Shown: positions 1 to 8,714 of the stretch, in pieces | Numbering within the stretch: the stretch's first letter is position 1 | Layout: each line of letters opens with the position of its first letter | NCBI GenBank assembly: GCA_963711565.1 | Contig: CAVQEQ010000003.1 | Location: 224,001 to 288,000, forward strand | From: an uncultured delta proteobacterium | GTDB taxonomy: Bacteria > Desulfobacterota > Binatia > Binatales > Binataceae | Direction: 5' to 3' | Length of the DNA stretch: 64,000 bases | Made by a program: the position numbers and the translations under genes | The notes under the pieces: model-generated | Seen by the model: only the letters and a program-made list of their open reading frames with translations | What the model was told of the DNA's origin: nothing | Databases searched by the model: none

Positions 1-225
1 ATGCACCATGCCGTCGCCGTCGAACCAGTGATAGCGCCCGCGCGGCTGGAAAATCGGATTAGGTCCGTTGCGTAGATAGGCGCCGTCGAGGTCTTTGGGG
101 ATTTCGCCGATAACCGTCAAATCATCGGCGGTGATCTCCGTCGAGATGGGCGCATAGATCCCCTTGAGGAACGAATTCTCGCCGGGATCGATCTGGATAG
201 GAATTTCGCGCTCAATCTTCACCAT
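1..225 (-). CDS. carotenoid oxygenase/lignostilbene dioxygenase family protein, N-terminal part (runs off the window)
   Basis: Manual translation from the ATG at 225 gives MVKIERE...GEIPKDLDGAYLRNGPNP...YHWFDGDGMVH, the RPE65/CCO signature motifs. Confidence 0.9.
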   Translation of the reverse strand, partial: MVKIEREIPIQIDPGENSFLKGIYAPISTEITADDLTVIGEIPKDLDGAYLRNGPNPIFQPRGRYHWFDGDGMVH

Positions 226-562
226 GATGCGCTCCGCGTTAGCTGCGACATTGTCCAGCCGCGAGCCTATCACGCAGGAGGACAAAGCAACACAGAATTT
301 GTTGTTCGGCGTCTGTTTTGATTCCCGCGCGTCCTCACGTTGGTGAGGGTGCGGGCTTTGCAGAGGAAGCGGCCGCCACTGTAGCCGTTAGACCATATAT
401 TCTGGCAGCGTCACGCCGAAACGTACAGTTGAGCGTAATCCGCTGCCAACCTAAAATGAATAACTATGACTTCCGATACTTCGTCGATCTTCCCCAGACC
501 GCAACCTTCTTCGCAGACTCCGCAATGATCAACGGTCTCGTATCTGGCTATAAGGGACGGTC

Positions 563-940
563 GTGAAACTTGACGCTCAAGAGCACTTCGATCTCGCGAA
601 GCGTCATTTGAAAAAAGTCCTGGCAGCTTGGGATGACCCAACGGACTGGTCAGATCTCGCAATCTACGGATTCTACTGCTTGGAGCAGGCCGTGGTGGCC
701 GCGGCCACCGAATGCGGCCTGAAGGGTAAACGGCAACACCGAGATAAAGTTCAGCTCGCGAAGACCCTGCATAAGACGAAGGGACTTCCTGATGTCGCCA
801 AGTTGCTGACTCACCTTCACCGCGCTCAAAAATACAAATCGTATGGCAACGTCAAGCCTCCTCCGCTGGATCCTGGGGATGTTGCCAGGGAGATCGAAGA
901 ATACGTAGAAGCGGTCTCTAAGATTGTTGAATCGCCATGA
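563..940 (+). CDS. HEPN-like domain protein
   Basis: 125 aa helical protein (A.RHL...FYCLEQA...H); its stop overlaps the start of the following nucleotidyltransferase gene. Confidence 0.6.
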   Translation: MKLDAQEHFDLAKRHLKKVLAAWDDPTDWSDLAIYGFYCLEQAVVAAATECGLKGKRQHRDKVQLAKTLHKTKGLPDVAKLLTHLHRAQKYKSYGNVKPPPLDPGDVAREIEEYVEAVSKIVESP

Positions 941-1626
941 GCAGGCGTTCAGATAGCGCCCGGTTGGCCATCGGGGTCGTTCGGCACTGGCCAAGTTTGA
1001 ACGCCAAGAGATGGGCAATCTCCAAGTTGAGCCGCTTGGCTTCGGAAGGTGCTACTGCGGCGATTGTCGGCATTGGTTCCGCGGTCAGACCGGTCCATCA
1101 TCCTGGGTCCGACGTAGACTTCCTGGTCGTTTCGGATATCGATCTCAGGCCAGACGAGTCTCAACCGATCGACGTTGACCTGTGCATATTTCGCACTACC
1201 GATATCGACCAAAGACTTCAGGCATTCGATGACCTTCTGGGTTGGGCGCTCCGATTCGGCCGGCCTATCTTCGACCGTAATCAATACTGGGCGAATCTCT
1301 GTACCCGGTGGGCTGATAAGATCCCTTTTCCTTCGCCCGAAGTCTCTATCGCACGGGCCCTTCATTTTGAGCGTTTCGCCCGAGAACTAGTCTCGATGCA
1401 GGATCTCGATGCCGCTTTGGAACAGGTGGTCGCGATGCTTACCCACCGAAGCCGTGCAAAACTACTCCGGTCTCGGACTTACCCTGCATCTCGTCCCGAA
1501 CTTCCTGCGCAGCTGCGAGAAATTGGAGAGTACCGCCTGGCCGAATGGCTGGAAAGCGCCCTTCTGAATCGTGAGATTGCTCAAGACCTCCTTGATAAAT
1601 TGAAGGAGAGAGCGAAAGCAGCCTGA
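937..1626 (+). CDS. minimal nucleotidyltransferase with a C-terminal helical (HEPN-like) extension
   Basis: GSAVR...SDVDFLVV...VDL pol-beta NTase motif; ATGA overlap with the upstream gene. Confidence 0.7.
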   Translation: MSRRSDSARLAIGVVRHWPSLNAKRWAISKLSRLASEGATAAIVGIGSAVRPVHHPGSDVDFLVVSDIDLRPDESQPIDVDLCIFRTTDIDQRLQAFDDLLGWALRFGRPIFDRNQYWANLCTRWADKIPFPSPEVSIARALHFERFARELVSMQDLDAALEQVVAMLTHRSRAKLLRSRTYPASRPELPAQLREIGEYRLAEWLESALLNREIAQDLLDKLKERAKAA

Positions 1627-1857
1627 GTTCTCATCGGACCGACGCCTACGACAAGAATTCTTTGAGCTGGGGCAGCTTGTCGCTGATCTCGAACCACGGC
1701 GCCTTCGAGCCCACAAAGATGTGAGCGTCGGGAGGCACGCCGGGTTCGTCGTCGAGCGCTCCCAGGTAAATGAACAGGCTGCCACCGATAGGGTCGCCGC
1801 GGCCGGCAACGCGGCAAGGCCGGCGTTAACTACGACGGCAGCAAAATGCTTTGCAAC

Positions 1858-2235
1858 TCAGTTCCGGACTTTCCGTCGTTTGCGCGGTTTCGGCTTTGGC
1901 TCTGGTCGCCGGTTCGCTTTGGAGACCTGTGCTCGCTCAAGCAGGCGAACAACCCGGTTCAAACTTCTCGAGACCGTGCGCAACTGCCGGGCACCGCATA
2001 TCAGCGTCCGAGAGAGCGGCTTACTGAATACGCGCTCGGCGGAAACCATCTCCATTTCTTCCGCACCCTGGTCGATTGCGCGCCGGAGGCTCCGCAGCTG
2101 AAGAACCACATCGGAACGGTCGATCTCGAAAATCTCGTTTTGATCCCACGATGCGTCAACTGTGGTCGCAGCAACGGGACGTTGTCGCCTATTGCCTTCA
2201 ACCACGAGCGGGACGGTGAGCATGAGTTGTGCCAT
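1858..2235 (-). CDS. hypothetical protein
   Basis: 125 aa ATG-started ORF with a basic C-terminal tail; no recognised motif. Confidence 0.45.
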   Translation of the reverse strand: MAQLMLTVPLVVEGNRRQRPVAATTVDASWDQNEIFEIDRSDVVLQLRSLRRAIDQGAEEMEMVSAERVFSKPLSRTLICGARQLRTVSRSLNRVVRLLERAQVSKANRRPEPKPKPRKRRKVRN

Positions 2236-2444
2236 GACTTTCCGTTGCTATGACTGAACCCTAACCGAATTCCACGGTGTAAACAAGAAGTCACATTTCG
2301 ATACTGTTGTTCCGGCGCGGCTGCGCCGGTTCTTCGGCCATGCAAAGGGGGCCTTCAGCGAGCCCGTGATCAGCCGAGTCTCAGGCGGGGGATTGACGCG
2401 GTCCGCGATAGCCTCAGTCGCGATCGCATGCTCTACTCGTCGCT

Positions 2445-2975
2445 ATGGACGTCTCGAAAATTCCGCCCGGCCGCAATCCACCCGAAGACATCAACGTGCT
2501 CGTGGAAATTCCGCAAGGCGGAGTTCCGGTGAAGTACGAGCTCGACAAGGCCTCCGGCGCGCTCTTCGTGAATCGTTTTCTGCATACCGCGATGTTTTAT
2601 CCCGCCAACTACGGGTTCATCCCGAACACGCTGTCCGAAGACGGCGACCCTTGCGATGTGATGGCGCTGTCGCAGGTGCCGGTCGCACCCGGCGCGGTCA
2701 TCAGATGCCGTCCGGTGGGCGCGCTGATGATGGAAGACGAAAACGGCATCGACGAAAAAATTCTCGCGGTGCCGGTCGATGAGCTGAATCCATACTTCGA
2801 CGGAATCGCGAACTACACCGACCTGCCGCAGATCATGCTCGACCAGATCGATCACTTCTTCCGCCACTACAAGGATCTGGAGAAGGGCAAGTGGGTGAAG
2901 ATCGGCGACTGGGTGGATCGCGAGGCGGCGGCCAAGCTGATCCTCGAAGCAATCGAGCGCGTGCACAAGAAGTAA
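2445..2975 (+). CDS. ppa: inorganic pyrophosphatase
   Basis: EIP...KYE.DK...YPANYGFIPNTLSEDGDPCD...DEKI...HFFRHYKDLE, family I PPase motifs. Confidence 0.97.
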   Translation: MDVSKIPPGRNPPEDINVLVEIPQGGVPVKYELDKASGALFVNRFLHTAMFYPANYGFIPNTLSEDGDPCDVMALSQVPVAPGAVIRCRPVGALMMEDENGIDEKILAVPVDELNPYFDGIANYTDLPQIMLDQIDHFFRHYKDLEKGKWVKIGDWVDREAAAKLILEAIERVHKK

Positions 2976-3134
2976 AGCGCAGCTAGCTCGTCGTGCCGCC
3001 CCAGACGCAAGCTGAAGCCGAACGTATCGCGGAGCCAATCGATCGCCGCGCCAACGTCCGGATAACCTAAAACAGGATCGCCGTACGCGACGGCATCGAC
3101 CGATTCTCAAGCACGGAGCTTGTTAACCGGCCTA

Positions 3135-3641
3135 CTACTGCGAAGCGGCCTCGCCCGGGGTCTGCGCGAGCGGCACCAACTGCGCGATGTCGCACTGGAT
3201 CAGCGCCTGGATCTTGTTATCGATCTGGTAGAACCGCGTCACCTTCACCTGCGAGACAACCGCCAGGAATTGCGGGATGAACTCGCGCTGCACATCGAGC
3301 CGCGCCTGCGCAATAGCCATGACCTCGTCGAGCTTCTTTTTCGCGTCGGCGTCGGTGAGATTATTGTACTTGGCGGCGAATTCCTTGAGCTCCTTGACGT
3401 GGCGGTCCTCTATTTTGTCCATCTTCGCTTCGTAAGCGTCGTAAACCGGCCAGAAACTGGCGGCTTCAGCGGAGGTGAGGTTCATGTTGGCGCCGACGGT
3501 GGCCTTGCGCTGCGCGCGTGCGGCCGCGATGTCGAGTTGCTTCTGCGAAGTCTGTGCAGAGGCAACCCCGCTCAGTCCAAGCGTACAGATGACAAGTGAA
3601 GCAGCGGTCAAACCGGCAAGAATATTCTTAAGGGTCATCAA
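3135..3641 (-). CDS. secreted helical hypothetical protein
   Basis: Signal peptide; MNLT..EA..FWPVYDAY motif seen in periplasmic helical proteins. Confidence 0.75.
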   Translation of the reverse strand: MMTLKNILAGLTAASLVICTLGLSGVASAQTSQKQLDIAAARAQRKATVGANMNLTSAEAASFWPVYDAYEAKMDKIEDRHVKELKEFAAKYNNLTDADAKKKLDEVMAIAQARLDVQREFIPQFLAVVSQVKVTRFYQIDNKIQALIQCDIAQLVPLAQTPGEAASQ

Positions 3642-3866
3642 CGGGTTCTCCTGAGTTTTGCTTACAGCAGCGACCGCAGGATGGTGCGGGATTGCAAGTT
3701 CATAGTCAAGTGATAGCTAGTTGGCTCTAGAACTGAGAATCCCTCGTATTGCATTTAGCCAAGTAAAGTGCGAGTTTGCATCCTCAAACCGGGTAAATAA
3801 CTTGAGGGACTTTTCGCTGGCACCGGCCAGCCTGAACGGGAAGCCTCACCACAGACGGAGGAGACA

Positions 3867-4424
3867 ATGAATTCGAAAGCACGAGGAATGGTAATCGCAC
3901 TGGGGTTAGCGGTAGCACTTGCCGCGGGTGCGCCATCGGCACAGGCCCAGGGCGCAGCGCCTGCAGCGGCGCCCGCTTCGAGCGGCGGCGGCAGCGGCGG
4001 AGCAGTCCGGGCAGGATACCTGACTTGTCATGTCGCGGCAGGGTGGGGATTTATTTTCGGATCGTCGCGCAAGCTGCAGTGCGCTTATGCGATGCAGCCG
4101 GGATACACCGAGTACTACACCGGTTCGATCACGAAGTTCGGCGCTGATATTGGATACCTTTCGTCGGGCGTAATTCTGTGGGCGGTTCTCGCCCCGACTA
4201 GCAACCCCGGACAGGGTGCGCTTGAAGGTACCTACGGCGGAGCGACTGCGAGCGCAGCGGTCGGAGTCGGCGCGGGCGCCAACGTACTGGTCGGCGGCTT
4301 CAACAGCTCGATCGCGTTGCAGCCGGTCTCGATCGAAGGACAGAACGGCTTGAACATCGCGGCAGGTGTGGCCGCGCTGCATTTGAAGTTCAACAAAGAG
4401 AAGCCGGCGAAGGCCACTCCGTAG
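3867..4424 (+). CDS. DUF992 domain protein
   Basis: Signal peptide; GYLTC...GWGFIFGSSR.L.C...GVGAGANVLVGG...LQPVS pattern; GGAGG RBS. Confidence 0.9.
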   Translation: MNSKARGMVIALGLAVALAAGAPSAQAQGAAPAAAPASSGGGSGGAVRAGYLTCHVAAGWGFIFGSSRKLQCAYAMQPGYTEYYTGSITKFGADIGYLSSGVILWAVLAPTSNPGQGALEGTYGGATASAAVGVGAGANVLVGGFNSSIALQPVSIEGQNGLNIAAGVAALHLKFNKEKPAKATP

Positions 4425-4456
4425 CCAGCACCGTAGTTAGTCCTAGTTATGTTCAG

Positions 4457-4489
4457 CGGGAGCGGTCGTTGTGACCGCTCCCGTTTTTT
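4457..4489 (+). terminator. rho-independent terminator
   Basis: CGGGAGCGGTC-GTTGT-GACCGCTCCCG followed by TTTTTT, just after the DUF992 stop. Confidence 0.85.
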
Positions 4490-4572
4490 GCACCATGCAA
4501 GTCTCGCCGCGGCATAGCGCCAAAAGCCGTACAGACCCACCCATGCGCAGATGATAGGATTGCGCTCGATTT

Positions 4573-5823
4573 TTGTCGCCATCGGGGGAAGCGACGAGCG
4601 TGGATCTGAAACGGGCGCATCCAGAGGAACCATGGCTATGGCGCGCGGAGTGGGCCGCGGGCGAGATCCACTCGAGCGCGAGGCCCGTCGCGATTGCAGT
4701 CTGCGCGCTCGCGCTCTTTTGGAATGCCATCGCGCTGCCGACCGCCGTGCCCGCCTTGCTCGCCCACAACCTGCGTTACGAGCCAAAATTCGCTGGGCTC
4801 GCAATTTTTCCGATAATCGGATTCGGGCTGATCGCGTGGGCGATACATCTGCTCCTAAGGTGGAATGCGTACGGCGATTCGCGCTTCGAGATGAAATCGG
4901 TGCCGGGAAAAATCGACGGAACGCTCGAAGGCTCTATCCACATTGGCCGCGGTGTCGAGCCGATGCGCCCGGCAAATCTCAAGCTGGTTTGCATCAACTA
5001 CATATCGTCCGGCAACAACAGTACCGCCACGCCGTTGTGGAGCGACGAATCGCAGGTCACGGCCGGCGGCGATGGATCGATCCCGGCCTCGTTCCTGATT
5101 CCGCCCGAATGCAAACCGAGTGACGATACCAACTTCCACGATCGCATCTGCTGGCGACTGAACGCAAAATCACCCGTAGGCGTAGTCAGCTACAAATCGA
5201 GCTTCGAAGTGCCGGTCTTTCAGATCGACGAAACCACCGCGCAGGCCGCGGAAGCGGTTGATCTGCGCACGCGCCGCGACCAGCGTGTCAGCGAGTTTCG
5301 CCCGCAAGGATCGGCCATCCGCTTCGGCCTCAACCCTGACGGCCAAACCGAAATCTATTTTCGAGCGTTCCGCAATCCGTCAATAACTTTCGTACTGCTA
5401 GGATTCCTCGCTATCTGGTCCTGCGTCACCTATCTGATCTTCAAGGAGCACGCGCCGCTGATCTTCAGAATCATGTGGCCGGTTTTCGAAGCGATCGTCG
5501 TTGTCTGGGTCATCTCCCTGATGTTCGGCACCACAACCGTACTCATCGGCGACGGCCCGTTGAAGGTGACGCGGCACCTTCTCGGCATACCAGCATCGAC
5601 GCGTCGAGTTCCGGCCTGCGATGTGCTCGATATTCGCTCGATCGCGGGCATGACCGCGGGAACAACGGTATATCGACCGATCCAGGTCCGTTACGGACGC
5701 GGGGAAAAACTCAATTTCGGCGATGGAATCGAAGATCCAATCGAAGCCGATTGGCTCGCCACAAAGATCGCCGAGACGCTTGGGTTGACGACGGCCGCAG
5801 CCGCGCAGAAAACGGTCGCCTAG
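4573..5823 (+). CDS. membrane protein, hypothetical
   Basis: About 416 aa with two pairs of hydrophobic helices; start uncertain. Confidence 0.7.
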   Translation: MSPSGEATSVDLKRAHPEEPWLWRAEWAAGEIHSSARPVAIAVCALALFWNAIALPTAVPALLAHNLRYEPKFAGLAIFPIIGFGLIAWAIHLLLRWNAYGDSRFEMKSVPGKIDGTLEGSIHIGRGVEPMRPANLKLVCINYISSGNNSTATPLWSDESQVTAGGDGSIPASFLIPPECKPSDDTNFHDRICWRLNAKSPVGVVSYKSSFEVPVFQIDETTAQAAEAVDLRTRRDQRVSEFRPQGSAIRFGLNPDGQTEIYFRAFRNPSITFVLLGFLAIWSCVTYLIFKEHAPLIFRIMWPVFEAIVVVWVISLMFGTTTVLIGDGPLKVTRHLLGIPASTRRVPACDVLDIRSIAGMTAGTTVYRPIQVRYGRGEKLNFGDGIEDPIEADWLATKIAETLGLTTAAAAQKTVA

Positions 5824-5921
5824 CAGGGTGTTGAAGAACTCTTACCTACAACATCTCCCCCTTTGGGGGAGACAAGAGAGAGGGAGCAGGCGTTGAAAAT
5901 TACTTTTTCAACAGCCTGCTA
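5821..5921. repeat. MITE/REP-like element with terminal inverted repeats
   Basis: TAGCAGGGTGTTGAAGAA ... TTTTTCAACAGCCTGCTA; fills the gap between two convergent stop codons. Confidence 0.6.
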
Positions 5922-6329
5922 CATCTTTGCCTTCGGATATCGCGCCCGCATCCAGGCCACGAACTTTTCCGGCACCGCCATCGTCGAGAGACGTCCTTGT
6001 CGTACCAGCGCCCAGTCGTCGAACTTGCCCGACTGCTTGATCTCCGCCAGCGTGACAGGCGAATCGAGGCGTCCGGCGAATTCCAAATCGACTATCGCCG
6101 ATTTGGGATTTTTGGGATCGTCGCGCCCCGGCGATTTCACGACGGCCGTCCCGACCACGCTCGAAACGCCGCCGCTATGATAAATGAACACGATGTCGCC
6201 CGGCTTCATCTCGCGGATCGCGCGAACCGCTTGCGGATTCGTCACGCCGTCCCAGGTTGTGCGGCGGTCGCGCTCGAGATCGTCGATCGAGTAAGTATTC
6301 GGTTCGGTCTTGGCAAGAAAATAGTTCAT
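5919..6329 (-). CDS. EVE domain protein
   Basis: MNYFLAKTEP..YSIDDL...WDGVTN...GD..FIYHSG...RQGRLS. Confidence 0.93.
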   Translation of the reverse strand: MNYFLAKTEPNTYSIDDLERDRRTTWDGVTNPQAVRAIREMKPGDIVFIYHSGGVSSVVGTAVVKSPGRDDPKNPKSAIVDLEFAGRLDSPVTLAEIKQSGKFDDWALVRQGRLSTMAVPEKFVAWMRARYPKAKM

Positions 6330-6388
6330 CGGCGCGTCCTCTTTAGACGTGATTCGGGGTAAATCTAACACGGCGCGCGGAAACTCTC

Positions 6389-7288
6389 ATGCCTGAACTA
6401 CCTGATGTCAGCGTATACGTGGAAGCGATCAGAACGCGGGTCGCCGGCCACAAGCTCGTCAGGACGACTGTCAAGTCGCCGTTCCTGCTGCGCTCCACTG
6501 CTCCCCCGATCACCGCGACCGCGGGCAGGACGGTCCGCGAGGTTCGACGGCTCGGCAAGCAGATCGCAATCGGAGTCGACGGCGACTTGTGGCTCGTCTT
6601 GCATCTCATGATCGCGGGCCGGCTGCATTGGAAAACGTCCGCGCCCAAGCTCGGCAGCAGAAATATCCTGGTCGCGTTCGAGTTCGACAACGGCTGGATG
6701 TGGTTGACCGAGGCGGGCACGCAGCGCCGCGCCGCGCTCCGGGTCGTTGAAGGCGAAGCGGGACTTCGGTCGTTGAACGCCGGCGGCATCGAACCGCTCG
6801 ACGCGAGCCTCGACGCGTTCAGCGCCGCGCTACGATCTTCGAACCACACGCTGAAGCGCTCGCTCACCGACCCGCACATCTTCAGCGGTATCGGCAACGC
6901 GTACTCCGACGAGATTCTGCATCGCGCGCAACTCTCGCCGATTGCGATGTCGCAGAAGCTGACTGCCCCCGAGATCGAGCGACTGTACGACGGCACCCGC
7001 GCGATACTTACCGAGTGGACCGATCGCCTGCGCGCCGAAGCGGCCGGGGAATTTCCGGAGAAGGTTACCGCGTTTCGTCCCGAGATGGCGGTTCACGGGC
7101 GCCATGGGATGCCGTGCCCGCGATGCGCCGCCAAGGTCCAGCGCATCCGCTATGCCAGCAACGAGACCAATTACTGTGCGCCATGCCAGACCGGCGGCCG
7201 CCTGCTCGCCGACCGCGCTCTTTCGAGGCTGATGCACGAGGATTGGCCGCGAACGCTCGAGGAACTCGAGGCGCTCAAGAATCGATGA
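6389..7288 (+). CDS. Fpg/Nei family DNA glycosylase
   Basis: MPELPDV start, HLMIAG, H2TH motif GIGNAYSDEIL, zinc finger CPRC...CAPCQ. Confidence 0.95.
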   Translation: MPELPDVSVYVEAIRTRVAGHKLVRTTVKSPFLLRSTAPPITATAGRTVREVRRLGKQIAIGVDGDLWLVLHLMIAGRLHWKTSAPKLGSRNILVAFEFDNGWMWLTEAGTQRRAALRVVEGEAGLRSLNAGGIEPLDASLDAFSAALRSSNHTLKRSLTDPHIFSGIGNAYSDEILHRAQLSPIAMSQKLTAPEIERLYDGTRAILTEWTDRLRAEAAGEFPEKVTAFRPEMAVHGRHGMPCPRCAAKVQRIRYASNETNYCAPCQTGGRLLADRALSRLMHEDWPRTLEELEALKNR

Positions 7289-7817
7289 GGTGAGACTTAA
7301 GCGGCGTCTTTTGATGCGAGTGCTCGACGGACGATTCGGCGCGCAGTCGGCTCGCCAGTCCGAGCGCGATTCTCCGCCACAGCCGCGGGAACCGGTCGGC
7401 GAGCGCCGAGAAGTCAGACTCCGCAATTCGCGCGACGATCGAATCGCATGTCGCGATGACCGACGCCGATCGAGGCATTCCCGGATCGACGACGGCCATT
7501 TCTCCGACATGCTCGCCGGCTTTCTTGCGGGCCACGACGCGCCCGTCGATCGCAACCGAAACCGCGCCCTCGAGAATCAGGAAGAGGTCACTGTCCGACG
7601 CGCCCTGCTGAATCAGGTTCGCGCCTGCGGAAATATCCTCCAGCTTCAGGTGTTGGGCGACGACCACGGCCAAGTCCTGATCGCGGACCAGTGGCTGCGC
7701 CGTCAATGCGTCAATCAGACGGCGTCGACCGTCAGAGCCCAAGAATCGCTTCAGCAAGGGCTTTTCGGTGGTCTCAGGTTTTGTCAAATCCCGAGAATCC
7801 TTCGTTTGAACTAACAT
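7275..7817 (-). CDS. stand-alone cyclic nucleotide-binding domain protein
   Basis: LIQQG...LFLILEG...VGEMA...PRSASVIA cNMP-binding motif; no effector or HTH domain follows. Confidence 0.85.
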   Translation of the reverse strand: MLVQTKDSRDLTKPETTEKPLLKRFLGSDGRRRLIDALTAQPLVRDQDLAVVVAQHLKLEDISAGANLIQQGASDSDLFLILEGAVSVAIDGRVVARKKAGEHVGEMAVVDPGMPRSASVIATCDSIVARIAESDFSALADRFPRLWRRIALGLASRLRAESSVEHSHQKTPLKSHLIDS

Positions 7818-8110
7818 AAGCGTCTAAATCTTCTTTGAGCAATTTAAAATTGCTCGCTATTCCTCGTACGTCTTCATATCTAAAAATGAGCGCATTTACC
7901 ATGCCATGCAAGGCGACGAAAATCGGCCGATCGAGGCGAGGAGATTCTTGAGCAAATTAAAGGAAAAGATGCTTGAGCCGAGTTCCAACGTCTCAGGCCC
8001 TCTTTTCAAATTGAAATGAAACAATGCGGCGATTTGAAGGGTTAAGGCCGCGCGCGCCGAAGAAGTGCTTCATCCGCATGTGAGCTATAGGCGGCACGCT
8101 TGATGCTGAT

Positions 8111-8605
8111 TTGGCCAGCATGGCCAGCGTCATTCCATTTCGGCGTTCGCATGACGAGCCCATGGCTCCGCCGAGCATCAGGTCAATCGCGAGTGTACCT
8201 GAACTACCGAAGACCGCCGTTGTCGCTTGCCTGAATACCGACAGCTCGAGCAATAGCGAACTGCTGCGCAAGGCTCGGCGCGCGGCGCAAGAGAGTGATG
8301 GCGAATTCTACGCTGTCCTGGTCGATTCGCCGCACACCCGATTTGGAAGGGTTCAGGCCGGCACGCTGCTCGACAACGTCATCCTCGCCAGCTACTTCGG
8401 CGCAAAAATCGTCCGGCTCAAATCGTCCGACGTGGTAGGCGAACTAATCCAGTTCGGGCGCCAATCTCGAGTCGGCCGGATCTTCATTACGCGAAGTCAG
8501 CCGCGTCCATTCCCGCGAGCATTCGGGCGCCGTATCTATTCCGAGCTGCTGAGCCGCAGCGAAGGTTTCCGCATCGACGTGATCGGGTTCGAGCGCGCGA
8601 ACTAA
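8111..8605 (+). CDS. Usp-like (KdpD-type) domain protein
   Basis: VVACL...LLRKARRAA...GAKIVRL.S.DV..ELIQF, resembling the KdpD Usp domain. Confidence 0.7.
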   Translation: MASMASVIPFRRSHDEPMAPPSIRSIASVPELPKTAVVACLNTDSSSNSELLRKARRAAQESDGEFYAVLVDSPHTRFGRVQAGTLLDNVILASYFGAKIVRLKSSDVVGELIQFGRQSRVGRIFITRSQPRPFPRAFGRRIYSELLSRSEGFRIDVIGFERAN

Positions 8606-8714
8606 TCCGCTAGCGACTGAAATTCAGACACTCAGCCCCGAATTAAAATAGTGCCTTCGGCTTGTTTCGCTCTTATTTCAGTACGGCAGCGGAATCGAAA
8701 TCGCCGCCAGTTCC

